Shown piece by piece: positions 45,809 through 54,419 of a stretch of DNA of 64,000 nucleotides. Location of the stretch: positions 64,001-128,000 of the IMG/VR virus record IMGVR_UViG_3300025168_000034; one strand, given 5' to 3'. The translations under genes were made by a program, and so were the position numbers. The stretch's first letter is position 1. Each line of letters begins with the position of its first letter. The notes below the pieces were generated by a model that was not told where the DNA came from, did not search any database, and saw only the letters and a program-made list of their open reading frames with translations. The stretch is from a virus.

Positions 45809-46699
45809 TTATTTTTTAATTCCAGCTCTATGTTGGAATGTTTCTTTTAAGTGTGATTCTACATCTTTACTGTAGGGTGGAAGAACATCTGCTGTTCCTT
45901 TTTCTAAATATTTTACAACCGCATTCACCTTTTCTGCATCAATAACCGGCATATCCTTTCTTTCTGGAGCACCTTGCATTTTTTGTTTTACAAGTTTTCC
46001 GGCATTGTCTGCCATAATAGCCATTCCTTTTTCCGAATCTCCATCAGCTCCTGGAACCTTTCCTAATGCTACTTTTACTTCTTCCGATGACAGATGAGGC
46101 CATTGTTTTAAACCTTGTTCTGTACCATCTTTCAAAGCATACTTAATTGCATTTTGTACTTTATCTCCAGTAAAGTTTGCTACGTCACCTTTTCCTTTGT
46201 TTCCTACATCAATACCCAACTTACCCTTCGTCATTGCGTTGAGTGCTGTTATAAGTTGTTGGCCTGGTAAGTCTAACTTTGTTATAGCTACTTTAGCTCC
46301 TGGATAAAGAAGAGTTGCTGCTGCCCATCTATGGTGTCCATCCATAATAAAATCGTCATTAGAAACTATAGCTTCCATATTTGCTAAGTCAGGAGCGCCG
46401 TTTTTTGCCTTTGCTTCTTTAAAGTCATTAAACGCATATCCTAAAGCAAATGCTACTGCTTTTGAAACAATTACTTCCTTTTGTGCAGGCTTGAGCTGGC
46501 TTACTGGGACTGCATCTGGACCACCATTAATAATATCATCCTCTTTGTCGCCATCCTCTAATCCACCTCCAACTGCATCTCCTGCTAGATCTTTATCCAT
46601 CTTACTTAGCCCAACTGCTTTTGGATTGTTGAATACATCCGCTTCAGATAAAATATCTTTACGCATGTTATTGATAGTATTGCCTAACGACTTCTTCAT
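45809..46699 (-). CDS. ParB/Sulfiredoxin-like domain protein
   Basis: VPVSQLKPAQ..IVSNDDFIMDGHHRWAA. Start moved to ATG 46699, 3 nt after the late motif. Confidence 0.7.
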   Translation of the reverse strand: MKKSLGNTINNMRKDILSEADVFNNPKAVGLSKMDKDLAGDAVGGGLEDGDKEDDIINGGPDAVPVSQLKPAQKEVIVSKAVAFALGYAFNDFKEAKAKNGAPDLANMEAIVSNDDFIMDGHHRWAAATLLYPGAKVAITKLDLPGQQLITALNAMTKGKLGIDVGNKGKGDVANFTGDKVQNAIKYALKDGTEQGLKQWPHLSSEEVKVALGKVPGADGDSEKGMAIMADNAGKLVKQKMQGAPERKDMPVIDAEKVNAVVKYLEKGTADVLPPYSKDVESHLKETFQHRAGIKK

Positions 46700-46702
46700 A
46701 CT

Positions 46703-46710
46703 TATAAATA
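46703..46710 (-). promoter_or_regulatory. Putative late promoter motif TATTTATA
   Basis: Fills the 11-nt gap between the upstream stop and ATG 46699. Confidence 0.65.
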
Positions 46711-47184
46711 TTACCATTTTCTGCAAGACCAATATCTTGCTTTAGTTTTTGGTCCTGGATTATCACAATTATGTCTTGCTCTGAACGATTTACGTCTTGC
46801 GGGATTACTCTTTTTTATCTTCATTCCTTTTTGACCAAAATTTACTTTTTTTGCTTTTATAGTACCGTCTGCATTCTTTTTTCCAGAATTTACATGTACT
46901 TTAAATTTCTTAACATCGCCACGCATTATTTTGTTAAGCTTAACAGTACGTCCATTATACTTAGCTTCTTGAAATAATACTGGTTCTGAGTGTTCTATTA
47001 TTTCAAGTCTCAAACCTTCATTTCGGTAAACAACGGATTCTTTGGCATTAATCTTCTTGCCAGCTTTGACTGCAGCCTTATACGCTTTAGAGCCTTTAGG
47101 AGATGATTTTCCTCCTCTAGCTTTTTTAGCTCTAATGTTAGCCCACAATCCTTTATTCTCCTTTAGGTTGTTCTTTTTGTTCAT
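46711..47184 (-). CDS. Basic phage protein (GLWANIRAKK and SFRARHNC..ARYWSC modules)
   Basis: Very K/R-rich. Modules recalled from aquatic myophage hypothetical proteins. Confidence 0.7.
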   Translation of the reverse strand: MNKKNNLKENKGLWANIRAKKARGGKSSPKGSKAYKAAVKAGKKINAKESVVYRNEGLRLEIIEHSEPVLFQEAKYNGRTVKLNKIMRGDVKKFKVHVNSGKKNADGTIKAKKVNFGQKGMKIKKSNPARRKSFRARHNCDNPGPKTKARYWSCRKW

Positions 47185-47686
47185 TAATTTTATCCTTTAA
47201 CTCACCGACAACACCTTCTAACTTTTCGATTTCTTTATCTATCATGTCGCTAATTAGTGCGTTGTCTGGGTTAGCCCATTTTTCAATTTTTCCTTTTTCT
47301 GAAACATGTGTGTTCTCAGCTGAGCTTTCTTTAAACTCTTGCAAGCCGGCTTTAACATCTCTCAAATACGATTTAGCATTTTCATACTTTTTCATCGCAT
47401 TAAATTCTTTTTTTAACCCTTTTGCTCTCAACTTATGTTGTTCATCAACAACACAATTAAAACACTTTCGATCAGTTTTCCAAAATTTGGCATCTAATCG
47501 ATTGTTCATCTTCTTACCACAACATGGACATGCTAACGGGACTAAAAAGTCTTTTCTAGCTTTATCCATTCTTGTAACTGTTTTTTTTATGCCGTTTTTG
47601 ATTGTCCACGTTTTACCGCTTTCCTCCCAAACATCACCCTCATGACGCTCGACATATTTGTTTCTCGTAACCTTAATTTTTTTCAT
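47153..47686 (-). CDS. Zinc-finger hypothetical protein (177 aa)
   Basis: CPCC..CFNC. Confidence 0.7.
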   Translation of the reverse strand: MKKIKVTRNKYVERHEGDVWEESGKTWTIKNGIKKTVTRMDKARKDFLVPLACPCCGKKMNNRLDAKFWKTDRKCFNCVVDEQHKLRAKGLKKEFNAMKKYENAKSYLRDVKAGLQEFKESSAENTHVSEKGKIEKWANPDNALISDMIDKEIEKLEGVVGELKDKINEQKEQPKGE

Positions 47687-47985
47687 TATCGTGCTTTTAC
47701 ATTAAATTTTTCTAACACCGCCTCTACTCTCTTGTCAAACTTTCTCAAAGCTCTACGTAGTTCTAATTTCATAGCTTCTGCAAGTTTCTTTTCTTCGTCC
47801 TTATTAGCTACTGTTCTGTAAAACTCTTTACCACCGACTGACGACATTGTTACGTCAAATGAGAATTCTGGTTTTCCATCCTCTCCTACTTCAGTGAACT
47901 GTGGGTCGTAGTGTAACGTCATATTTGTGTTTGGTGACGTTGCGATTGCTTCTTTCTTTTCGCTTAAAAGTTTTTTTAATTCCAT
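47686..47985 (-). CDS. Hypothetical protein (99 aa)
   Basis: TAATG-coupled on both sides. Leader MELKKLLSE. Confidence 0.7.
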   Translation of the reverse strand: MELKKLLSEKKEAIATSPNTNMTLHYDPQFTEVGEDGKPEFSFDVTMSSVGGKEFYRTVANKDEEKKLAEAMKLELRRALRKFDKRVEAVLEKFNVKAR

Positions 47986-50258
47986 TATCTTCCGAATTTT
48001 ATGTATCCTATAATTTGATTGACTGGTGCAAAGGCTCCAGTTAATTTGTATAATTTTCCTTTGTGTTTAAACACTATACCTTCTGATGGTACTATTGCAT
48101 CGAATCCTCCAATCTTATCCAAGCGTTTAAGTTGTGCTTTGAGAAATCTCAAAGGTGCATCATCGTCTTGAAGTTTATCATTGTTTGCTTTTGCCTTTAA
48201 TTGTTCGATAGAGCTTGCCAACTCTCTTTTCATTTTTGAAATAGAATCGTTAGGGTTGATTGCTACTAATCCTTCTAAACTTTTCAATACAAAAACTCCT
48301 AATTTTAGAAAGATGTCTTCTACCGGTTCGACAGCTATCTTTTTTTGATCTCTAACACCACTTCCCTTATCCATAGTAGTAAACCACTCTAAGAATTCTG
48401 GATTGTCTATTGATTTTTTTAACTCTCGTAGATTTGGTTGTTTTTGACCAAAAGCCCATCTGTTAATGATATTCTGCAATACGTCGTCAGGCACTGCGTA
48501 TTTGTAGGTTTTAGCATTATTTTTTATAAAAGCAGACCAAAAATTTTGAAAGTATAATCCTAACTTACTTTCCTTAGTTAGCTGGTACTTGCCTCTAACA
48601 TTACCAAGATCTTTAAGTAGTTCTTGCTTTTGTTTTTCGTAATCTTTAGTTTGTTTAAGATCCACTAAGTCAGTGGCTCTTATTTCATACGTATCTTGTT
48701 TAGAAGCTTCTACTCGATCTAAGGCTTGTTGTATTTTAGTAGGTGCTTCACTATCACTTCCTATGACGTTTCCATTCTCATCATACTCCTGCACGTTGTG
48801 CATTCTTAGTTGAGTTACTCCGTAAGCAGCTACATTTTCACTGGAAGGATGTAAGAGTTCCATGTTTATAAACTTGGTACCGTTTCCAAAAAACTCTTCT
48901 TTTTCGGTTGGATTAAGTTTGGATATCGCATCCGTCATATCTTGCATTGCATCAAGAAATGCATTACGAACATTATCTGGTAAGTGCTGCATTGACTTTT
49001 CCATATCATTCTTAGTCATTGCTTTTTCAGCTGCATTCTTCAGTTGTCCTTTGTTTCTTGCTGAAAGCACTTTGCCGTCTTTATATGTTACCATAAGATT
49101 CTGTCCATCTAACTTCTCTTGAGCATACTCCACTTTTCCGGTTAAAGCTGCATCAATCATATCTTCGATATCATCAAAAGTCATATCCATATCTTCATAC
49201 GGATGAGCCATGTGTCCAGCTGCTCCTCCCTCTTTTAAAAGATTGCGACCCTCACTGACAGCCATAAATTCTGCTGGAGTCTCTATATCTAGAAATGCTG
49301 AGGGTGTTAGTGTTTTTTTTAGTATTGGCAGACGAGCTAAGAGTAGGTAGATTACTCCTCCAGGTAACACAGATGCTGCTGTAAATCCAGCTAATTTCAA
49401 AACATCTTTCATTTGATCGCCAATCTCTTTTCTTTCGTGATTTGGTAACTTTTGACCTTTCTTTACCGCGGAATACAGCTTTATAAATGCGTCTTTAGTT
49501 TCTTGCTTTTCAACCTTTAGTTTGTCAATAAAAGCTCCAAACTTACTTTTTAATTGTTCAAATTGTTTACGTAAGACAGCAGGAATTTCTATCTCATCCA
49601 AAGTAGATTGGGAGAGGTCCTCCTTGATCTTTTTTTTTGATAATAGATCGAATATGTCTCTAAGCTGTTGATCAGATTTTATGCTTGGATAATTTGTTTT
49701 AAAATTTTCAAAATCCTGAGCTGCTAAGTCAGATCGTAGCTGCGACGCTGAGGTTGGCTTACCGTTTTGATCATCAGTTCTATTTTTGTAGAATAATGGT
49801 TTTGATTTATCAAGTGGCAACTCAACAACACTCACACCATCTTTATAATATTTTCCATCATTTTGGTGTTGATCTACAAAGCCACGAATACGATCGTAAT
49901 CACTACCTTTGCTGCTTGACCCTAAAGCATACGATTCTCCTGATTGAGCTTTCTCTTCAATATATTTGTATGCAGTGAGTAGTGGACTTGGGTATCTTGA
50001 TCTCTCTACTCTAATCTTTTTGGTTCCAGCTAGTAGTTTTTCCCATATTTTTTCGCTATCTTCAAGAGTAATACCATCACGTTCTTTTGGTCCTATTAGA
50101 ATAACAACTTCTTTTACTTGTGGCATATCTTCATAACCCTTTGCAAGCATTAAGTGTCCTTCGTGTGGAGGTTTAAATCCACCAGGCAACATTACTGTAA
50201 TTCCCTCTTCAACTTCGTTGAGAATACTATCAACTAGAAATTTTGATAAATCGTTCAT
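47985..50258 (-). CDS. Multidomain protein: HxGH cytidylyltransferase-like + LETM1-like helical segment + KxDG ligase-like domain
   Basis: PGGFKPPHEGH..SASQLR; DVLK..VLPGG..LTPSAF; GGAAGHMAHPYED..EKLDGQNL..ARNKG..EGIVF..YKLTG. Confidence 0.65.
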   Translation of the reverse strand: MNDLSKFLVDSILNEVEEGITVMLPGGFKPPHEGHLMLAKGYEDMPQVKEVVILIGPKERDGITLEDSEKIWEKLLAGTKKIRVERSRYPSPLLTAYKYIEEKAQSGESYALGSSSKGSDYDRIRGFVDQHQNDGKYYKDGVSVVELPLDKSKPLFYKNRTDDQNGKPTSASQLRSDLAAQDFENFKTNYPSIKSDQQLRDIFDLLSKKKIKEDLSQSTLDEIEIPAVLRKQFEQLKSKFGAFIDKLKVEKQETKDAFIKLYSAVKKGQKLPNHERKEIGDQMKDVLKLAGFTAASVLPGGVIYLLLARLPILKKTLTPSAFLDIETPAEFMAVSEGRNLLKEGGAAGHMAHPYEDMDMTFDDIEDMIDAALTGKVEYAQEKLDGQNLMVTYKDGKVLSARNKGQLKNAAEKAMTKNDMEKSMQHLPDNVRNAFLDAMQDMTDAISKLNPTEKEEFFGNGTKFINMELLHPSSENVAAYGVTQLRMHNVQEYDENGNVIGSDSEAPTKIQQALDRVEASKQDTYEIRATDLVDLKQTKDYEKQKQELLKDLGNVRGKYQLTKESKLGLYFQNFWSAFIKNNAKTYKYAVPDDVLQNIINRWAFGQKQPNLRELKKSIDNPEFLEWFTTMDKGSGVRDQKKIAVEPVEDIFLKLGVFVLKSLEGLVAINPNDSISKMKRELASSIEQLKAKANNDKLQDDDAPLRFLKAQLKRLDKIGGFDAIVPSEGIVFKHKGKLYKLTGAFAPVNQIIGYIKFGR

Positions 50259-50798
50259 TTATAAAGAGTCTTTTGTATAAATAGGCTGCGTTTTCACTTT
50301 AGCCTTTAATTGTGCAACTTCTTTTGTGAGCTGATCAACTCTATCTAGCAGTTTTGTAATCACACTAGATAATGACTTGTGTTTTAAATTTTCATTCTTA
50401 TATAAGTAAAGGTCTTCTAGGACTGCACTTCCGTTTACAATTAACTTACACTGATCATACTCACCCTCTATTGTAGATTGTCCGACATAGAATTTTTCCA
50501 TAACTCGTCTGGATATTATATCTCTGTTTTCAAGATCTTGTGTGATTGGATTGTAAGCGAGGTAGTGTGAAATAAAGTATATGTTGTCGGATTGAAGTTT
50601 AGCATCTGTGTTAGGTGTGCCTATTCTTACTAGATAGGGATTAGTGTTATGCTTTGCTTTTATGTCAGACACACTCTCTCCATTCCAACTTGTATAAATA
50701 TTCTTTAAGCGAATCTTACCCAAAGTTTCTCCAGTTGCTAATCCTTCAATTGGTTTGAAAGGTGTTGTTGTGTTTCTTACTTTATTATTATTTATCAT
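50259..50798 (-). CDS. Hypothetical protein with a C-terminal coiled coil (179 aa)
   Basis: ATGA-coupled to the upstream structural gene. Confidence 0.65.
   Translation of the reverse strand: MINNNKVRNTTTPFKPIEGLATGETLGKIRLKNIYTSWNGESVSDIKAKHNTNPYLVRIGTPNTDAKLQSDNIYFISHYLAYNPITQDLENRDIISRRVMEKFYVGQSTIEGEYDQCKLIVNGSAVLEDLYLYKNENLKHKSLSSVITKLLDRVDQLTKEVAQLKAKVKTQPIYTKDSL
50276..50283 (-). promoter_or_regulatory. Putative late promoter motif TATTTATA embedded in the upstream CDS
   Basis: 17 nt upstream of ATG 50258. Confidence 0.55.
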
Positions 50799-52261
50799 GA
50801 TCTGTCTGCTGGAAATGCCACTTCATTTGTAATATTACCTCCAATCGTTGTCGGTGCTAGTAAGGATGGATCAGTTGCTACACCTACTTGGCAAAATTCA
50901 ATATCATCAATAATACATCCAAAGTAAGAATCAGAATCTAAACTACCACTAGCTTCAAACACTATTTGAGCATCTAATCCATACTGCACAACGTTGATAT
51001 TGAAAGATTCTAATTGGAATCCTGTCGCAGGGTTTATAAAAGACATTGCTGGATTAACGTTTTTTATTCTCACAATATTATTATCAGGTGGATAAAATCC
51101 CGCTGTTCCTGCTACTCGCTCATTTATAAGACCAACATTTGGTTGAATATTAAAAATGTAAATTAACAATTCACTACCTGCGCCTGTGTCAGGATACATA
51201 TCTATATTAAGGTTTCTTTTTAGATTGAACTTAACATTAAAAATTCCTCCATTTGTATTAAAAATACCTCCAGTACTTTGAATTGGATTTGGAAGTGGAT
51301 ACATGTCGCTACAAAACCAATTCACTCCTGAGGACGGATCAGCAGTAATCGAATCATCTCTCGTTGCTGTTACAGTGGGGAAAAATAATCGTCGTCGTTT
51401 TAATTCGTTTGACAGGTTTATTTGAACAGCAGACGTTTGTAGATGGGATTGTGAAGCATATCCAGCTAAGGATGCACTCACATCTTGTCTTGAAATTCCA
51501 ATACCTCCTGCAAGATCGTAGAACCTTCCATCAAACGATCCAGTTGAAGCATCTCCAAATGTTATCATGCCTGGATTAGTTCCGTTTGCTAATGGAACAC
51601 CTCCTCCTAGAGTTACACCTCCTACTTCAGTGTATTTAGGAATACCTGCACTAAACGCTGATGGTTGAGCGTAAACGTCCGAGGGTGTTGGTTTGTTAAT
51701 AGTAGCTGGATATTCTACGGTTCCACCTCCAACACTACTAGCAAATGTTTTATATATCATATTTGAAGCTGTCATTAAAGGCTCTACAGCTTTCCAGCTT
51801 GAAGTTATTGGATATTTTACAAAGCCATAATCACCTCGTAAGTCACCTCTAAAAAAACTAGCACTGTTATAGGTAAAAGTAAAAATCATAGTATTGTTAA
51901 AACTACCACCACCTCTGGCTGTTGAGTCAATACTAAATCCAGATTGAGTTGGTACAAGACAATTCCATAAATAATCTGCTGCAGGAGATCCCCACGGCAA
52001 TGCTCCTGCACTACCAGATATAATTGCAGGTTCTCGTGTAAGAGCTGTGAGAGTGTCAAAGTCGAGCGAGGTGGCAATGGCGTTGTTGTAATAAGCATTT
52101 GATATACTTCGATTTTGTCCATCCCAATCTTCGTTTACATTTGCCATGTTATTAGGCCATCCTCCAACTATTTTGTTGCTGCCAGTAGGACACCACTTAT
52201 AATAAAAATCAAATGCATGACTATATGTCACTCTTTTATTTTTTAAATCTGTAAAACTCAT
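50795..52261 (-). CDS. Putative virion structural protein (488 aa)
   Basis: G/S/T/N-rich, beta-type composition, late operon. Confidence 0.55.
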   Translation of the reverse strand: MSFTDLKNKRVTYSHAFDFYYKWCPTGSNKIVGGWPNNMANVNEDWDGQNRSISNAYYNNAIATSLDFDTLTALTREPAIISGSAGALPWGSPAADYLWNCLVPTQSGFSIDSTARGGGSFNNTMIFTFTYNSASFFRGDLRGDYGFVKYPITSSWKAVEPLMTASNMIYKTFASSVGGGTVEYPATINKPTPSDVYAQPSAFSAGIPKYTEVGGVTLGGGVPLANGTNPGMITFGDASTGSFDGRFYDLAGGIGISRQDVSASLAGYASQSHLQTSAVQINLSNELKRRRLFFPTVTATRDDSITADPSSGVNWFCSDMYPLPNPIQSTGGIFNTNGGIFNVKFNLKRNLNIDMYPDTGAGSELLIYIFNIQPNVGLINERVAGTAGFYPPDNNIVRIKNVNPAMSFINPATGFQLESFNINVVQYGLDAQIVFEASGSLDSDSYFGCIIDDIEFCQVGVATDPSLLAPTTIGGNITNEVAFPADRS

Positions 52262-52273
52262 ATTTTATATTTA

Positions 52274-54400
52274 TTAAAACGATCCACTCTCTATGGACTT
52301 AAAAGATTGGAATATAAAGTGGTTAGTTTGACAAGTGTTTGATGGTATTTCAGCTTTCACATTAACCGATAGATCATTTAAAAACGTTGTATATTCTGAT
52401 TGCTCTCCTGTAAAGTTAAAGTACTCTATTTTAAAATCAAGGGACTGTGATATAGAAAGTATGTCGCCAATCTCTGTATTCATTGGAATTTGAAATTGTA
52501 CTAAGTTTGGTGAAAATCCATTTATAGCTAAGGGTTTTATGCTAATCTCACTGCAATAAGCACTTCCAGTCACATTAACAAAATCTATAGGTTTAACTCT
52601 AAAGACTGGTCCTCCTAATCCAGACGAGTCTGTTTTAAAATCAAACTCAACTCTACCATAACCTTTCTTAACATCTCTATTGTTTTGCACCCTTCCAACA
52701 AACTTTCCAAAACGATTAACTCCTCCTCCGTATCTATCCTTCTCAAGATTGATATCTTTTAGAAATGCTTTAGGAGATGCGTTTGGAATTGCTGTGTTTG
52801 TGTTTAAAGGATCACTATTCATATACACTTCAAGTTCTGTATTAGGTTCTAAGGTTAGGTTAAAACCTAATGTATATAATTGTTCTAAATTATAGTTTTG
52901 ATCAAATTGTGTTGTAAACAAACCAGAGTGTGTAAAATCAGCTTCTATCTGTACACTCTCGTGCAACGATGAGCTGTTAATTGATGGAATTGTTCCTTGA
53001 TATATAGCGTTTGGTGTTTCTACAAGATAGGACCAATAACTATCTGCAATTTGCTGAGATGTGAAGTGACCTATTAGTCTAAAGTCTGAATCCCTTTTTG
53101 CATATGTAGTTTGGTTTGGGAATGCTGCATCTGTCAAGTATTCGACAGGCTTAATTATAGAGTCATATATCACCTTAAAATCTCCAGTAGAAGTTCCTTT
53201 TCGATAGGATGTTTTAATTCTATAAACATCTCCACCTATAGGCTTCATATCAGAAAACGTAGTCTCTAAATAATTCATGTTTACAGTTGAGCTAGTTACA
53301 AACTCTTGATCAGACGGTAAATACGCAATGCTTGCAGTAAATTTGCTTGTTTCACGAATTCGTTGAATTGTTGTTGATCCACCACTTAAAGCATTAGCGT
53401 TAAGTACAACCAACTCAATTGGTTTGCTAATTCTCATTTCTGTGTCAGTCATTATTTCTACAATGTTGGCTGTGAACAGTGTTAATTGATCTGATGTGCT
53501 GCCTGATATAGCAAAGTGGGATGGTAGTGTTGGTTTAAATTCTGCAGGTGTACTGGCGGCATCAAAAAATTGAAATGTGCCTCCTAGAAAATCTTTTTGT
53601 ATAGACTTATTTGCAGACTTAACCGTCGTACTAAATCTAGTTGTCAAATCTCTACGATATCCGTTTTGGATTTCAGAAATTTCTGATCGTAGTGAAGAGT
53701 TCACACTATTAACTGTTCGTGGTTTTTGTAGTGGGTTGAGTAATATTCTTTGAAGATTAACATCTAAAATCTCTTCGCTTGATTGGAAATCTAAGTCGTA
53801 TCCTTTAAAATTAGGTGTCAGTATTGTAAAATCATCTGCACTAGACGTGTATTGTAAAAACTGACTACCACTCAAAGCCGCAGCGTTTGTAAACTCTCTT
53901 TCTGGTGTTTGTACTTGTACAATGTCAATTAATGGTGGGTCGTTAAACACCAACTTAGAAGTGTTTCTTTCCATCGGAACAATATTAACAGCTCTTGACC
54001 ATCTAACATTGTAATCTCTGTTGACTGTTTTTGGGATTGGATTACCTTCCAAATCAACCACAGCTTCACCTACCAAATACACAACTGCTAGACCTTTTGC
54101 AGTAATATCGTACACTTCGATAGTTATGTAATAATCGTTAAAACGATCTACATAATTTGTAACTTCTGCAAACATATTATCACCATTTGCATCAATCACC
54201 TCTATATCGATATCACTATCTGCTCGAAGGTTTAGACCGTTTCCTTTTAATCTCATTATGTAGCGACCACCACCTAAAGTGTCAGAAAACTCTGTGATCT
54301 GAAAGTAGTTAGGTGAGTCAGGACTCGTATCTTCTATAAGATAATCTCTCGTTGAGTATCCTCTCGGTTGTGGTTTTTTATAAAAAGAAACAAAGCTCAT
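52274..54400 (-). CDS. Putative virion structural (baseplate/tail) protein (708 aa)
   Basis: Beta-rich, late motif variant upstream, several SGS/TGS/TAS motifs. Confidence 0.55.
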   Translation of the reverse strand: MSFVSFYKKPQPRGYSTRDYLIEDTSPDSPNYFQITEFSDTLGGGRYIMRLKGNGLNLRADSDIDIEVIDANGDNMFAEVTNYVDRFNDYYITIEVYDITAKGLAVVYLVGEAVVDLEGNPIPKTVNRDYNVRWSRAVNIVPMERNTSKLVFNDPPLIDIVQVQTPEREFTNAAALSGSQFLQYTSSADDFTILTPNFKGYDLDFQSSEEILDVNLQRILLNPLQKPRTVNSVNSSLRSEISEIQNGYRRDLTTRFSTTVKSANKSIQKDFLGGTFQFFDAASTPAEFKPTLPSHFAISGSTSDQLTLFTANIVEIMTDTEMRISKPIELVVLNANALSGGSTTIQRIRETSKFTASIAYLPSDQEFVTSSTVNMNYLETTFSDMKPIGGDVYRIKTSYRKGTSTGDFKVIYDSIIKPVEYLTDAAFPNQTTYAKRDSDFRLIGHFTSQQIADSYWSYLVETPNAIYQGTIPSINSSSLHESVQIEADFTHSGLFTTQFDQNYNLEQLYTLGFNLTLEPNTELEVYMNSDPLNTNTAIPNASPKAFLKDINLEKDRYGGGVNRFGKFVGRVQNNRDVKKGYGRVEFDFKTDSSGLGGPVFRVKPIDFVNVTGSAYCSEISIKPLAINGFSPNLVQFQIPMNTEIGDILSISQSLDFKIEYFNFTGEQSEYTTFLNDLSVNVKAEIPSNTCQTNHFIFQSFKSIESGSF

Positions 54401-54405
54401 ATACT

Positions 54406-54413
54406 AATAAATA
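54406..54413 (-). promoter_or_regulatory. Putative late promoter variant TATTTATT
   Basis: 5 nt upstream of ATG 54400. Confidence 0.55.
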
Positions 54414-54419
54414 GTATTG

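Noticed and set aside
50693-50700. TATTTATA inside CDS 50259..50798 (also at about 27504-27511)
   Set aside because: No nearby downstream gene start, and some matches are expected by chance in AT-rich DNA.
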